This document shows, in pieces, positions 42,479 to 49,827 of a stretch of DNA of 49,827 nt. The DNA comes from Candidatus Staskawiczbacteria bacterium. Its GTDB lineage: Bacteria > Patescibacteriota > Minisyncoccia > Minisyncoccales > Staskawiczbacteraceae. A program made the position numbers and the translations under genes. The number at the start of each line of letters is the position of its first letter. Within the stretch, counting starts at the first letter, position 1. The stretch is taken from contig JAHFKU010000002.1 of the NCBI GenBank assembly GCA_023245195.1, positions 1 to 49,827 on the forward strand, given 5' to 3'. The notes under the pieces were generated by a model. That model was given only the letters and a program-made list of their open reading frames with translations, searched no databases and was not told the origin of the DNA.

Positions 42479-43684
42479 ATGAAAATTTTAGCTATAGAAA
42501 CTTCGTGCGATGATACCGGCATAGCAGTGCTTCAAGCTTCAAGCTCTAAGTTTAAAGTTTTGGCGAATGTCGTTTCTTCCCAGCAAATCCATGCAAATTA
42601 TGGCGGGGTTTTCCCTATGATGGCCAAACGAGAACACCAACGCAATTTGGTTCCAGTTTTAGAGCAAGCTCTAAAACTGGCCAAATTGGTAAATCCCGGG
42701 CACAATACTGCGCCCGGCTTCGCTAAATTCAAAATTCCAAATTCAAAATTACAAATTCTAAAAAAAATCCTAGAAAAAGAAAATAATCTCTTTGAAAGTA
42801 CCAAAGAATTTTTAGAAAAATATGAAAAACCGAATGTAGATATTATTGCTGTCACCAATGGCCCTGGACTTGAACCTTGCCTGCACGTGGGAGTAAATTT
42901 TGCCAAGGCGCTTAGTTATTTTTGGGATATTCCAGTGATTCCAGTAAATCATATTGAGGGGCACATACTCGTTAACTTCATGAAACATGAAACATGGAAC
43001 ATGAAACAAATGTTTCCGGCGATTTCTTTGGTTGTTTCCGGCGGGCATACGCAATTAATTTTAGTAAAAAAAATCGGTAATTATGAAATTATCGGAGAAA
43101 CGCGCGATGATGCGGCCGGCGAATGTTTTGATAAAGCCGCTAGAATCTTAGGCTTGGGCTACCCGGGAGGCCCCATTATTTCAAAAATCGCCTCAGAATT
43201 TGCGAGGTCATACCTCGCAAAGGATCCTTTGCGAGGTATGACCTCGCAAATCTTGTTGCCACGGCCCATGATGCATAGTAAAGACTACGATTTTAGTTTT
43301 TCGGGTTTAAAAACCGCTGTTTTATATAAAATACGAGACACTGATCCAAAAATAGCCAAATCCCAAGAATTCATCCAAGAAATGTGTTTTGCCGTTCAAG
43401 ACGCCATTTGCGATGTCTTGATTAAGAAAACTATCAATGCCGCCAAGGCCTATAAAGCTAAAACGATTATTTTGGGCGGCGGCGTTTCGGCCAATCAAGA
43501 ATTACGAAAGCAGTTTGACTATAAGCTAAAAGCTATAAGTTATAAGCTAAATTTGCTGGTTCCACCAGTAAATTTAAGTACTGACAACGGCTTGATGATC
43601 GCCGTTGCGGGGTATTTTAATAGAAATAAAAAAACCTCCTGGAAAAAATTAACCGTTAATGCCAATTTAAGAATTGGAAAATAG
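42479..43684 (+). CDS. tsaD: tRNA N6-adenosine threonylcarbamoyltransferase TsaD with several in-frame repeat insertions
   Basis: MKILAIETSCDDTGIAVL..., HIEGH, GGHTQL, GYPGGP, FSFSGLKT. At 401 aa it is longer than usual. Confidence 0.9.
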   Translation: MKILAIETSCDDTGIAVLQASSSKFKVLANVVSSQQIHANYGGVFPMMAKREHQRNLVPVLEQALKLAKLVNPGHNTAPGFAKFKIPNSKLQILKKILEKENNLFESTKEFLEKYEKPNVDIIAVTNGPGLEPCLHVGVNFAKALSYFWDIPVIPVNHIEGHILVNFMKHETWNMKQMFPAISLVVSGGHTQLILVKKIGNYEIIGETRDDAAGECFDKAARILGLGYPGGPIISKIASEFARSYLAKDPLRGMTSQILLPRPMMHSKDYDFSFSGLKTAVLYKIRDTDPKIAKSQEFIQEMCFAVQDAICDVLIKKTINAAKAYKAKTIILGGGVSANQELRKQFDYKLKAISYKLNLLVPPVNLSTDNGLMIAVAGYFNRNKKTSWKKLTVNANLRIGK

Positions 43685-43864
43685 GCATAGCATATTTTCG
43701 TCGCCGTTTGGTAAGAAAATATGAACTTCATAAAAATATAATTTCAGTAAAAAAATATTTTTAACTTCATTCTATTTTCAATCGTTCATATTTTCTTACC
43801 TTCACTTTGCTAGAAAATAAAAGCCCTGCCATCAAAAAAGATAGTAAGGCACAAAGATGGGTTG

Positions 43865-44134
43865 CTAATTTCTATCTGGAAAATACTCGTTTAAATAAAC
43901 CTCAAGAAAAAATGCCTCACAGAAGGAGTTTATAACTCGCTCTCGAATCTCATGTTTTGATAATCCGCTTTGTCCCATTTGTACAATGGTTTGACGAACC
44001 CGAGAATCTTCCAAAAACACCTTGAGTTCCCTTTTAACCCTTTTTATGAAACTCTTTTTAGTTATTTTGGCTGTTTTCCTTTTCCATTCACTAATGCATA
44101 TTTTTCTTAGAGTTTTTGCGCTCAACTGAACCAT
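43865..44134 (-). CDS. hypothetical protein
   Basis: 89 aa basic ORF with no recognisable family. Confidence 0.35.
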   Translation of the reverse strand: MVQLSAKTLRKICISEWKRKTAKITKKSFIKRVKRELKVFLEDSRVRQTIVQMGQSGLSKHEIRERVINSFCEAFFLEVYLNEYFPDRN

Positions 44135-44273
44135 AGCGTTCTCCTACTATGAATTTTCGAGAGCTGAATGAATTATATAAATTCGGTGCAAGCAAGTCAA
44201 TTGCTGCGCATTGATGAGCTAAAATTGAAGAAAAAAATTGCCTGGCCAAATGAATGGTCAAGCAATAGTATAT

Positions 44274-44534
44274 TTAGTTGCAGATACAAACCGTGATCCG
44301 CTCTGAATCATTACAGATTAAGAGTTGTTCCGGAGTTGTTTGCGCTTCTTCTTGTGTTTGGTAAGGCCCGAAGACGTAAGTCCGATGAAAAAGACAAAAA
44401 TTCTCATCGTCACCTTTGTAGTCCGGCCATAGCTTTTTGATGGCTTCTTCTTTTTTAGCTGCTTGTACAACCGTTCTGGTGTACTGATGCTTTCCAGAAG
44501 CACAGACTTTCTTCCATTTAAACCAGAAAGACAT
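44274..44534 (-). CDS. hypothetical protein
   Basis: 86 aa ORF with GGAGG-like sequence upstream (minus strand ...CAAGGGAGGCTGTCATG). Confidence 0.4.
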   Translation of the reverse strand: MSFWFKWKKVCASGKHQYTRTVVQAAKKEEAIKKLWPDYKGDDENFCLFHRTYVFGPYQTQEEAQTTPEQLLICNDSERITVCICN

Positions 44535-44650
44535 GACAGCCTCCCTTGTGGCTAGTTGTTAAAGGGCAAAAGACAAGAAACAACCCGTTATCTTATTAAC
44601 ATGTAAATAGTAAATTGTAAATGATTTTGGTTAATTTTTTATAGCAAATC

Positions 44651-44684
44651 AAAAAAAATCGCCCTTCGTAAAAACTCAGGGCGA
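44651..44684 (-). terminator. Intrinsic terminator after 44734..45081
   Basis: Minus strand reads TCGCCCT-GAGTTTTTACGA-AGGGCGA followed by TTTTTTTT. Confidence 0.7.
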
Positions 44685-44733
44685 ACTTGGCAGAAGTTAT
44701 CCGTCAACGCGAATTTGAGAGTTGGGGAATAAA

Positions 44734-45081
44734 TCAAGTCTTTTCTCTATCAGGAAAGATGGAAACCACAAAGGGATTTGTATTGCAAAGCTCTGTAACC
44801 CTACCCTTGGTAACTTCTATCCACGTACTTGTGCCATTTCCAGAAAATTGATACCCATTCTCTTGACCAACTTTCACGGTGGTATCATATCCATCCTTTC
44901 TTTTGATTACCACACATTTTTTAAGCTCATTACCTTCTTGATATTCTTCAATAAAAACTTCCAGATGGTCATCCGAAAAAATTTTTTGCATAGAGACCCT
45001 CGCTATTTTAAGGCATAGCTGCCTACGAGTAGGTTGTCCAAGAACTGAATATAAATTATCATTTTTCTTAACTAATGTCAA
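44734..45081 (-). CDS. hypothetical protein
   Basis: 115 aa ORF with its own terminator. No recognisable family. Confidence 0.45.
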   Translation of the reverse strand: MTLVKKNDNLYSVLGQPTRRQLCLKIARVSMQKIFSDDHLEVFIEEYQEGNELKKCVVIKRKDGYDTTVKVGQENGYQFSGNGTSTWIEVTKGRVTELCNTNPFVVSIFPDREKT

Positions 45082-45118
45082 TGTTTACGCCCTCCTGCAA
45101 GTTTGTTAGAATGAACCA

Positions 45119-47344
45119 ATGAAATTAGACGGCCCTTATGATGCGAAACAAGTTGAAGACAAAATCTACAAGCTGTGGGAAGACAGTGGTTTTTTTAACC
45201 CTGATAAACAGGCGCAGACTAACGCAGACTTCACGCAGACTGACGCAGACAAAAAACGAAACCGCGGGGTCAGCGTGAGTCAGCGTAAAGTCCGCGTAAG
45301 TCCGCGACAATCGTTTACGATTGTGATGCCGCCGGCCAATGCCAATGGAAATTTACATGCCGGACACGCCTTGGTAATGACCCTGGAAGATATCATGACC
45401 CGCTATAAACGAATGCAGGGATTTAAAACCTTGTGGCTGCCTGGGCTTGACCACGCCGGATTTGAAACTCAAGTAGTGTATGAAAAAAAACTGGAAAAAG
45501 AAGGCCGAAGCCGGTTTAACATGCAACCGCAAGAACTATATAATGAGATTTTAGAATTTACCCTGGAAAACAAAAAAAACATTGAAAGCCAAATTAAAAA
45601 AATGGGCGCCAGCTGCGATTGGAGCCGGCTGAAATTTACCTTAGACAACGATATCGTTAAAGAGGTGCAGCGCACTTTTAAAAAAATGTATGACGATGGC
45701 CTCATTTACCGTGGCCAGCGTATTGTCAACTGGTGCTCAAAACACCAAACTTCGCTTTCTGATGTAGAAACTGAAAGTAAAGAAAAAAAGGATGCTTTTT
45801 ATTATTTTAAATACGGCCCGTTTACGATTGGAACTGCCCGGCCCGAAACTAAATTTGGCGATAAATATGTGGTTATGCATCCGGATGACAAGAGATATGC
45901 AAATTATAAACATGGTCAAACATTACCATTAGAATGGATCAACGGCCCGATAACCGCCACCATCATTAAAGACAAAGCCATTGATATGGAATTTGGCACG
46001 GGAGTGATGACTATCACCCCATGGCACAGCGATGTAGATTTTGAAATTGCAGAGCGCCACCAATTGGACAGCCAGCAAATTATTGATATGCGCGGCAAAT
46101 TATTGCCAATTGCCGGTGAATTTGCCGGAATGAAAATTACGGAGGCCCGGCCAAAAATTGTAGAAAAATTAAAAGCTAAAGGTTTACTGGAAAAAATTGA
46201 TGAAAATTATGTTCACAACGTGCCGGTTTGCTATAAATGTGAAACCGCCATTGAACCCCAAATTCTGCCCCAATGGTTTGTAAAAATGAAGGACCTCGCC
46301 AAAAAAGCGGCTGACGCCGTAAAAGCCAAAAAAATTATTTTCATTCCAGATAATTACCGAAAAATATTTTTGTATTGGATGGAAAATAGCATTGATTGGA
46401 ATATTTCCCGACAAATTGTTTGGGGAATTCCAATTCCCGCCAAAATTTGCGATACCTGTAATGACGGTTTTCCCGATTTAGAAAACACGCTAACCACTTG
46501 CCCCAAATGCCAAAGCACCCTGCGCGGTGATCCCGATACGTTTGACACCTGGTTTTCCTCCGGACAATGGCCCTTGGTAGCCTTGGGTTATCCTAACTCA
46601 AAAGATTTTAAAACGTTTTACCCAACAACCGTAATGGAATCGGGGTCTGACCTTATTTTTAAATGGATTCCCCGAATGGTCATTTTTGGCCTTTATTTAG
46701 CCAAAAAAGTGCCATTTGGCACCGTTTACTTGCATGGCTTGGTAAACGATGCCAAGGGCCAGAAAATGTCCAAATCAAAGGGAAACGTGATCAATCCTTT
46801 GAATATTACCGAAAAATACGGCACCGATGCCCTGCGCATTGGATTAGTGATGGGCAATACGCCCGGGCAAAGCTTGGCACTGGATGAAAATAAAATAAAA
46901 GGGCATCGTAATTTTGCCAATAAAATTTGGAATGCATCAAGATTCGTACTAACGAATCTTGCGCGGATTGACGCGGATAACTACGCGGATTTGCGCGGAT
47001 CAAAAGTAGTGCTTTCCGCTCATCAAAAACAGCATTTAAAAGAATTAAAGGCGCTCGTTGGAGAAGTTACCAAATTAATGGATAACTACAAATTTTATAT
47101 TGCCGGAGAAAAAATCTACCATTACTTTTGGCACACGTTCTGTGATAAGATTATTGAAGAAGCCAAACCTTTGCTTGCTGATTCAAAGACACGCCAAGCC
47201 ACCCAATACATGTTGCTAGAAATACTTTCCACGTCGTTGAAGCTTCTACACCCTTTCATGCCGTTTATCACCGAAGAAATTTACCAGCAATTACCGCTAA
47301 AAGACAAAAAAGAGTGCTTGATGGTTGCAAAATGGCCGAATTAA
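45119..47344 (+). CDS. valS: valine--tRNA ligase (short form) with in-frame repeat insertions
   Basis: PPANANGNLHAGHA (HIGH region), KMSKSKGN, and CP1 editing-domain blocks. At 741 aa there is no long C-terminal coiled coil. Confidence 0.9.
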   Translation: MKLDGPYDAKQVEDKIYKLWEDSGFFNPDKQAQTNADFTQTDADKKRNRGVSVSQRKVRVSPRQSFTIVMPPANANGNLHAGHALVMTLEDIMTRYKRMQGFKTLWLPGLDHAGFETQVVYEKKLEKEGRSRFNMQPQELYNEILEFTLENKKNIESQIKKMGASCDWSRLKFTLDNDIVKEVQRTFKKMYDDGLIYRGQRIVNWCSKHQTSLSDVETESKEKKDAFYYFKYGPFTIGTARPETKFGDKYVVMHPDDKRYANYKHGQTLPLEWINGPITATIIKDKAIDMEFGTGVMTITPWHSDVDFEIAERHQLDSQQIIDMRGKLLPIAGEFAGMKITEARPKIVEKLKAKGLLEKIDENYVHNVPVCYKCETAIEPQILPQWFVKMKDLAKKAADAVKAKKIIFIPDNYRKIFLYWMENSIDWNISRQIVWGIPIPAKICDTCNDGFPDLENTLTTCPKCQSTLRGDPDTFDTWFSSGQWPLVALGYPNSKDFKTFYPTTVMESGSDLIFKWIPRMVIFGLYLAKKVPFGTVYLHGLVNDAKGQKMSKSKGNVINPLNITEKYGTDALRIGLVMGNTPGQSLALDENKIKGHRNFANKIWNASRFVLTNLARIDADNYADLRGSKVVLSAHQKQHLKELKALVGEVTKLMDNYKFYIAGEKIYHYFWHTFCDKIIEEAKPLLADSKTRQATQYMLLEILSTSLKLLHPFMPFITEEIYQQLPLKDKKECLMVAKWPN

Positions 47345-47346
47345 AA

Positions 47347-47432
47347 ACGAATTAACACAAAATTACGAATGAACACAAATCACGAATTCTCACTTCGTGT
47401 TTATTCGTTAGTCAATTCGTGTTAATTCGTCA
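47347..47432. repeat. Imperfect palindrome of ACGAATTAACAC words (upstream flank of the PrsW gene)
   Basis: ACGAATTAACACAAAATTACGAATGAACAC... // ...GTGTTTATTCGTTAGTCAATTCGTGTTAATTCGT. Confidence 0.7.
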
Positions 47433-47436
47433 CAAA

Positions 47437-48183
47437 ATGGAATACTATCGATTTATCTTATATTTAATTTTTGGAACCCTGCCCAGCTTCATTTGGCTTT
47501 TGTATTACCTCAAAAAAGACCTGCACCCCGAACCAAAAAGAATGATTATTAAAGTTTTTTTAATAGGATGCATTATTACTGTACCCGTCTACCTATTGCA
47601 GGTAAAAATTACCGATTTTTTAAATCAACTGCAAATTTTCCCTTTTTTTACTTACTATCCGCCCCTAGCTGATGTCTTAAAATGGTTTGTAGCCATAGCC
47701 TTCATTGAAGAATTTTTTAAATTCTTGGCGGTTAAAATCGGAGTCTTCCATAGCGGGCAAATTGACGAACCAATAGACCTGATGATTTACATGGTTGTGG
47801 TAGCTTTGGGATTTACGGCGGTTGAAAATATTCTTTACTTATCAGCTCCCTTGGGTAATATCGGCTTTACTGCTATAATTCAAACAACGGTAATTATTAG
47901 CTTTATCAGATTTATAGGCGCTACGCTGCTACATACGCTATGTTCTGCCCTGCTTGGATATTATATAGTGCTGGGAATATCTAAAAGTAAACGAAATATA
48001 TTCTTTTTAATCACGGGATTAGTTTTGGCTTCGGCATTCCATGGCTTGTATGATTTTTCTATCACCGTCTTAAAAGGCCCGCTGAGCTTTATTATCCCCA
48101 CCGCCATTATTATGGTATTATTTACGTTAATGATTGATAATTTTAATAAAGTAAAAAAATTAAAAGGAATTTGTAAAATTTAA
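47437..48183 (+). CDS. PrsW-family intramembrane metalloprotease
   Basis: Multi-TM protein with the EEFFKF and HGLYDF motifs typical of the PrsW family. ATG at 47437 is preferred. Confidence 0.7.
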   Translation: MEYYRFILYLIFGTLPSFIWLLYYLKKDLHPEPKRMIIKVFLIGCIITVPVYLLQVKITDFLNQLQIFPFFTYYPPLADVLKWFVAIAFIEEFFKFLAVKIGVFHSGQIDEPIDLMIYMVVVALGFTAVENILYLSAPLGNIGFTAIIQTTVIISFIRFIGATLLHTLCSALLGYYIVLGISKSKRNIFFLITGLVLASAFHGLYDFSITVLKGPLSFIIPTAIIMVLFTLMIDNFNKVKKLKGICKI

Positions 48184-48290
48184 ATTACGAATTAACGCGA
48201 ATTTCTTAACGAATTAACACGAATCACGAATACTCAAATTTTGTTCGTAATTCGTGTTAATTCGTACGTTTGTGAAAATTCGTTTCAATA
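48184..48290. repeat. Imperfect palindrome of ACGAATTAACAC words (downstream flank of the PrsW gene)
   Basis: ACGAATTAACACGAATCACGAA-loop-TTCGTAATTCGTGTTAATTCGT, plus outer word repeats. Confidence 0.7.
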
Positions 48291-48293
48291 AAC

Positions 48294-48710
48294 ATGGCTA
48301 AAAAAATAAAACTAAAGGCGGAGCAAGAGCCGGTTAAAAAAACTGATGCTCCAGCAACCCAAGAAAAACAAGATATTTTTAATTCTGAAGGCGAATTGGT
48401 GGTAGACGTTTTCGAAACACATTCAGACTTTGTGGTATTGGCAACGATTGCCGGGGTGCAAATAAAAGACCTGGATATTTCGGTTGAAAAAGACATGATG
48501 ATTATCAAAGGCAACCGAGAAAATCCCCATGAAGTTCCCGAAAGAACCTATCTTTACCAAGAGTGCTACTTTGGCCCGTTTTCCCGAAAGATTGTTCTGC
48601 CCGAAAATATTCATACTGAAAAAGCTTTGGCTGAAATGGATAAGGGCATTTTAACCATTAAAATACCAAGAAAAGAAAGTGAGGCAAAAGTAGAGGTGAA
48701 AACAAGCTAA
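48294..48710 (+). CDS. Hsp20 / alpha-crystallin family small heat-shock protein
   Basis: 138 aa with ACD pattern (DVFETHSDFVVLATIAGV...F.R.IVLPENI....A....GILTIKIPRK). Confidence 0.8.
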   Translation: MAKKIKLKAEQEPVKKTDAPATQEKQDIFNSEGELVVDVFETHSDFVVLATIAGVQIKDLDISVEKDMMIIKGNRENPHEVPERTYLYQECYFGPFSRKIVLPENIHTEKALAEMDKGILTIKIPRKESEAKVEVKTS

Positions 48711-48730
48711 TGTTTCGAATTTAATTAAAC

Positions 48731-48770
48731 GAAACCGGCGGCGCCCCGAAGGGCGCCGCCGGTTTTTTTT
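48731..48770. terminator. Strong intrinsic terminator
   Basis: GAAACCGGCGGCGCCC-CGAA-GGGCGCCGCCGGTTTTTTTT. Confidence 0.9.
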
Positions 48771-48771
48771 G

Positions 48772-48855
48772 TGCCGAGGGTGGGACTCGAACCCACAAAC
48801 TCTTGCGAGCGCTAGCTCCTAAGGCTAGTGCGGTTGCCAATTTCGCCACCTCGGC
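48772..48855 (-). tRNA. tRNA-Leu (anticodon TAG), type II
   Basis: Reverse complement folds with acceptor GCCGAGG/CCTCGGC, anticodon stem CTAGC/GCTAG with loop CTTAGGA, a long variable arm and T-loop TTCGAGT. Confidence 0.85.
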
Positions 48856-48962
48856 GTGTTTTTGTAATTTGTAATTTGTTATTTGGGATTTCGTTAGTTA
48901 TATCACACAAATAAAAAAATCCCAACCCGTGGGAAAAAGATACTTAACCAAATAAAAGCTAA

Positions 48963-49289
48963 CTACGCGCCAACAAAAAGAACCGTGCCAATAATCCTTA
49001 CCGCGGAAAAAGCGGCTATCCCCACCACAACTCCGATAATGGTCCACAGAACCGCTTTTCTTGCAGTCGCAAGTTTTGAAGCATCACCTTGAGCAGTTAC
49101 AAATAAAAATCCGGCCCAAACTCCCATCACCACTACCGCCCCAATAAAAACCGGCCAAACAACCAAATTTAATAGCCTGTTTATACTTTCTTTTACATCC
49201 AAGGCCGCCGCAAACAAAACTGCTGGCATTACCAAAAAGAGCGCTGATGTAAATAGAGAAATTAATTTTTTATTCATATTATACTCCAA
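48963..49289 (-). CDS. TrbC/VirB2-like (T4SS-pilin-like) small membrane protein, paralog 3 of 3
   Basis: Signal peptide plus two TM helices around the conserved loop TAQGDASKLATARKAVLWTIIGVVVG. Confidence 0.65.
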   Translation of the reverse strand: MEYNMNKKLISLFTSALFLVMPAVLFAAALDVKESINRLLNLVVWPVFIGAVVVMGVWAGFLFVTAQGDASKLATARKAVLWTIIGVVVGIAAFSAVRIIGTVLFVGA

Positions 49290-49602
49290 GAAACGTTATA
49301 ACGATCAATGGAAGCGAATAGGCCAAAATAGCTACCACCACCCCGATAATTCCCCATAGCAAAGCCTTTCTGGCGGTTGCAATTTTTGAAGTATCTCCTT
49401 CAGCTGTTAAAAATAAAATACCGGCATACACGAATGATACAATGGCGGTGGCAACAAACAAGGTAAACGCCGTACCGAAAATACCGCGGATAGCTTTCAT
49501 AATATCAAGATTATCTCCCGGCAAATCAAAACTTACCGCCAAAGCAACTAGAGGAAATAAGAGATACAGCACTAATCCAGTGATAGCTAATTTTTTAGAC
49601 AT
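49279..49602 (-). CDS. TrbC/VirB2-like (T4SS-pilin-like) small membrane protein, paralog 2 of 3
   Basis: Same architecture, with loop TAEGDTSKIATARKALLWGIIGVVVA. Overlaps the downstream paralog by 11 nt. Confidence 0.65.
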   Translation of the reverse strand: MSKKLAITGLVLYLLFPLVALAVSFDLPGDNLDIMKAIRGIFGTAFTLFVATAIVSFVYAGILFLTAEGDTSKIATARKALLWGIIGVVVAILAYSLPLIVITFLGV

Positions 49603-49608
49603 AGTGTA

Positions 49609-49827
49609 TTAAACTCCAAGTAATCTTAAAAATTCAGGCACAACACCACGCGCCAATAATCCCACAACCACTCCAATAATTCCCCAAAAAAGAGCTGCCC
49701 TTGCTTGCTTGATTTTTTCTGGCTCTCCACGGGCTGATAAAAATAATATACCGGCCACAAAAAACATCACCACCGCAAAAGCGGCAAATAAACCAGCAAC
49801 AACGCCCAAGGCAACATCAATGAATAC
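49609..49827 (-). CDS. TrbC/VirB2-like (T4SS-pilin-like) small membrane protein, paralog 1 of 3, 5'-truncated by window edge
   Basis: Frame stays open to the window end. Loop SARGEPEKIKQARAALFWGIIGVVVG. Confidence 0.6.
   Translation of the reverse strand, partial: VFIDVALGVVAGLFAAFAVVMFFVAGILFLSARGEPEKIKQARAALFWGIIGVVVGLLARGVVPEFLRLLGV

Noticed and set aside
1-49827. Autonomous mobile element, prophage, DGR, retron or defence system
   Set aside because: None of the translated ORFs showed integrase, transposase, reverse transcriptase, Cas, or recognisable defence ATPase/nuclease signatures. Only hicBA (decayed) and repeat scars were found.

Overview
AT-rich window in the standard genetic code (TGA, TAA and TAG all end well-supported genes). 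Gene content and style fit a small-genome Patescibacteria/CPR-like bacterium. That assignment is inference from T4SS-pilin-like triplets, a DUF5667 anti-sigma, a cupin-type PGI and insertion-rich housekeeping genes. Core genes: secG, an SBP5-family binding protein, cupin PGI, RNase J, trpS, PMM/PGM, rpsF-ssb-rpsR, recA, ftsK, rpoB-rpoC, nrdA/nrdB, recG, a processive GT2, tsaD, valS, PrsW and Hsp20. There are seven tRNAs: Leu-CAG, Arg-CCG, Ser-GCT, Ser-TGA, Arg-GCG, Glu-TTC and Leu-TAG. An accessory envelope block at about 23.2-30.7 kb holds a membrane-tethered wHTH protein, an ECF sigma/anti-sigma pair, a cadherin-like secreted protein, a beta-helix surface protein, a SEC-C mini-protein and an HExxH protein. 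I found no integrase, transposase, reverse transcriptase, Cas gene or CRISPR array. The features not explained by genes are: (1) three paralogous ~180-200 nt long-hairpin elements with compensated stems, in a tRNA trailer and in the leaders of a Cys-rich SEC-C gene and nrdA. (2) A mosaic nrdA-nrdB spacer where decayed copies of the nrdA 3' end and nrdB 5' end bracket a hicBA cassette whose hicA carries a premature stop. (3) A tRNA-linked repeat family with a 56-nt identical hairpin core and duplicated tRNA 3' ends, which also brackets the GT2 gene. (4) Word-built palindromes in most intergenic spacers, also inserted in frame into tsaD, valS, nrdA and trpS.
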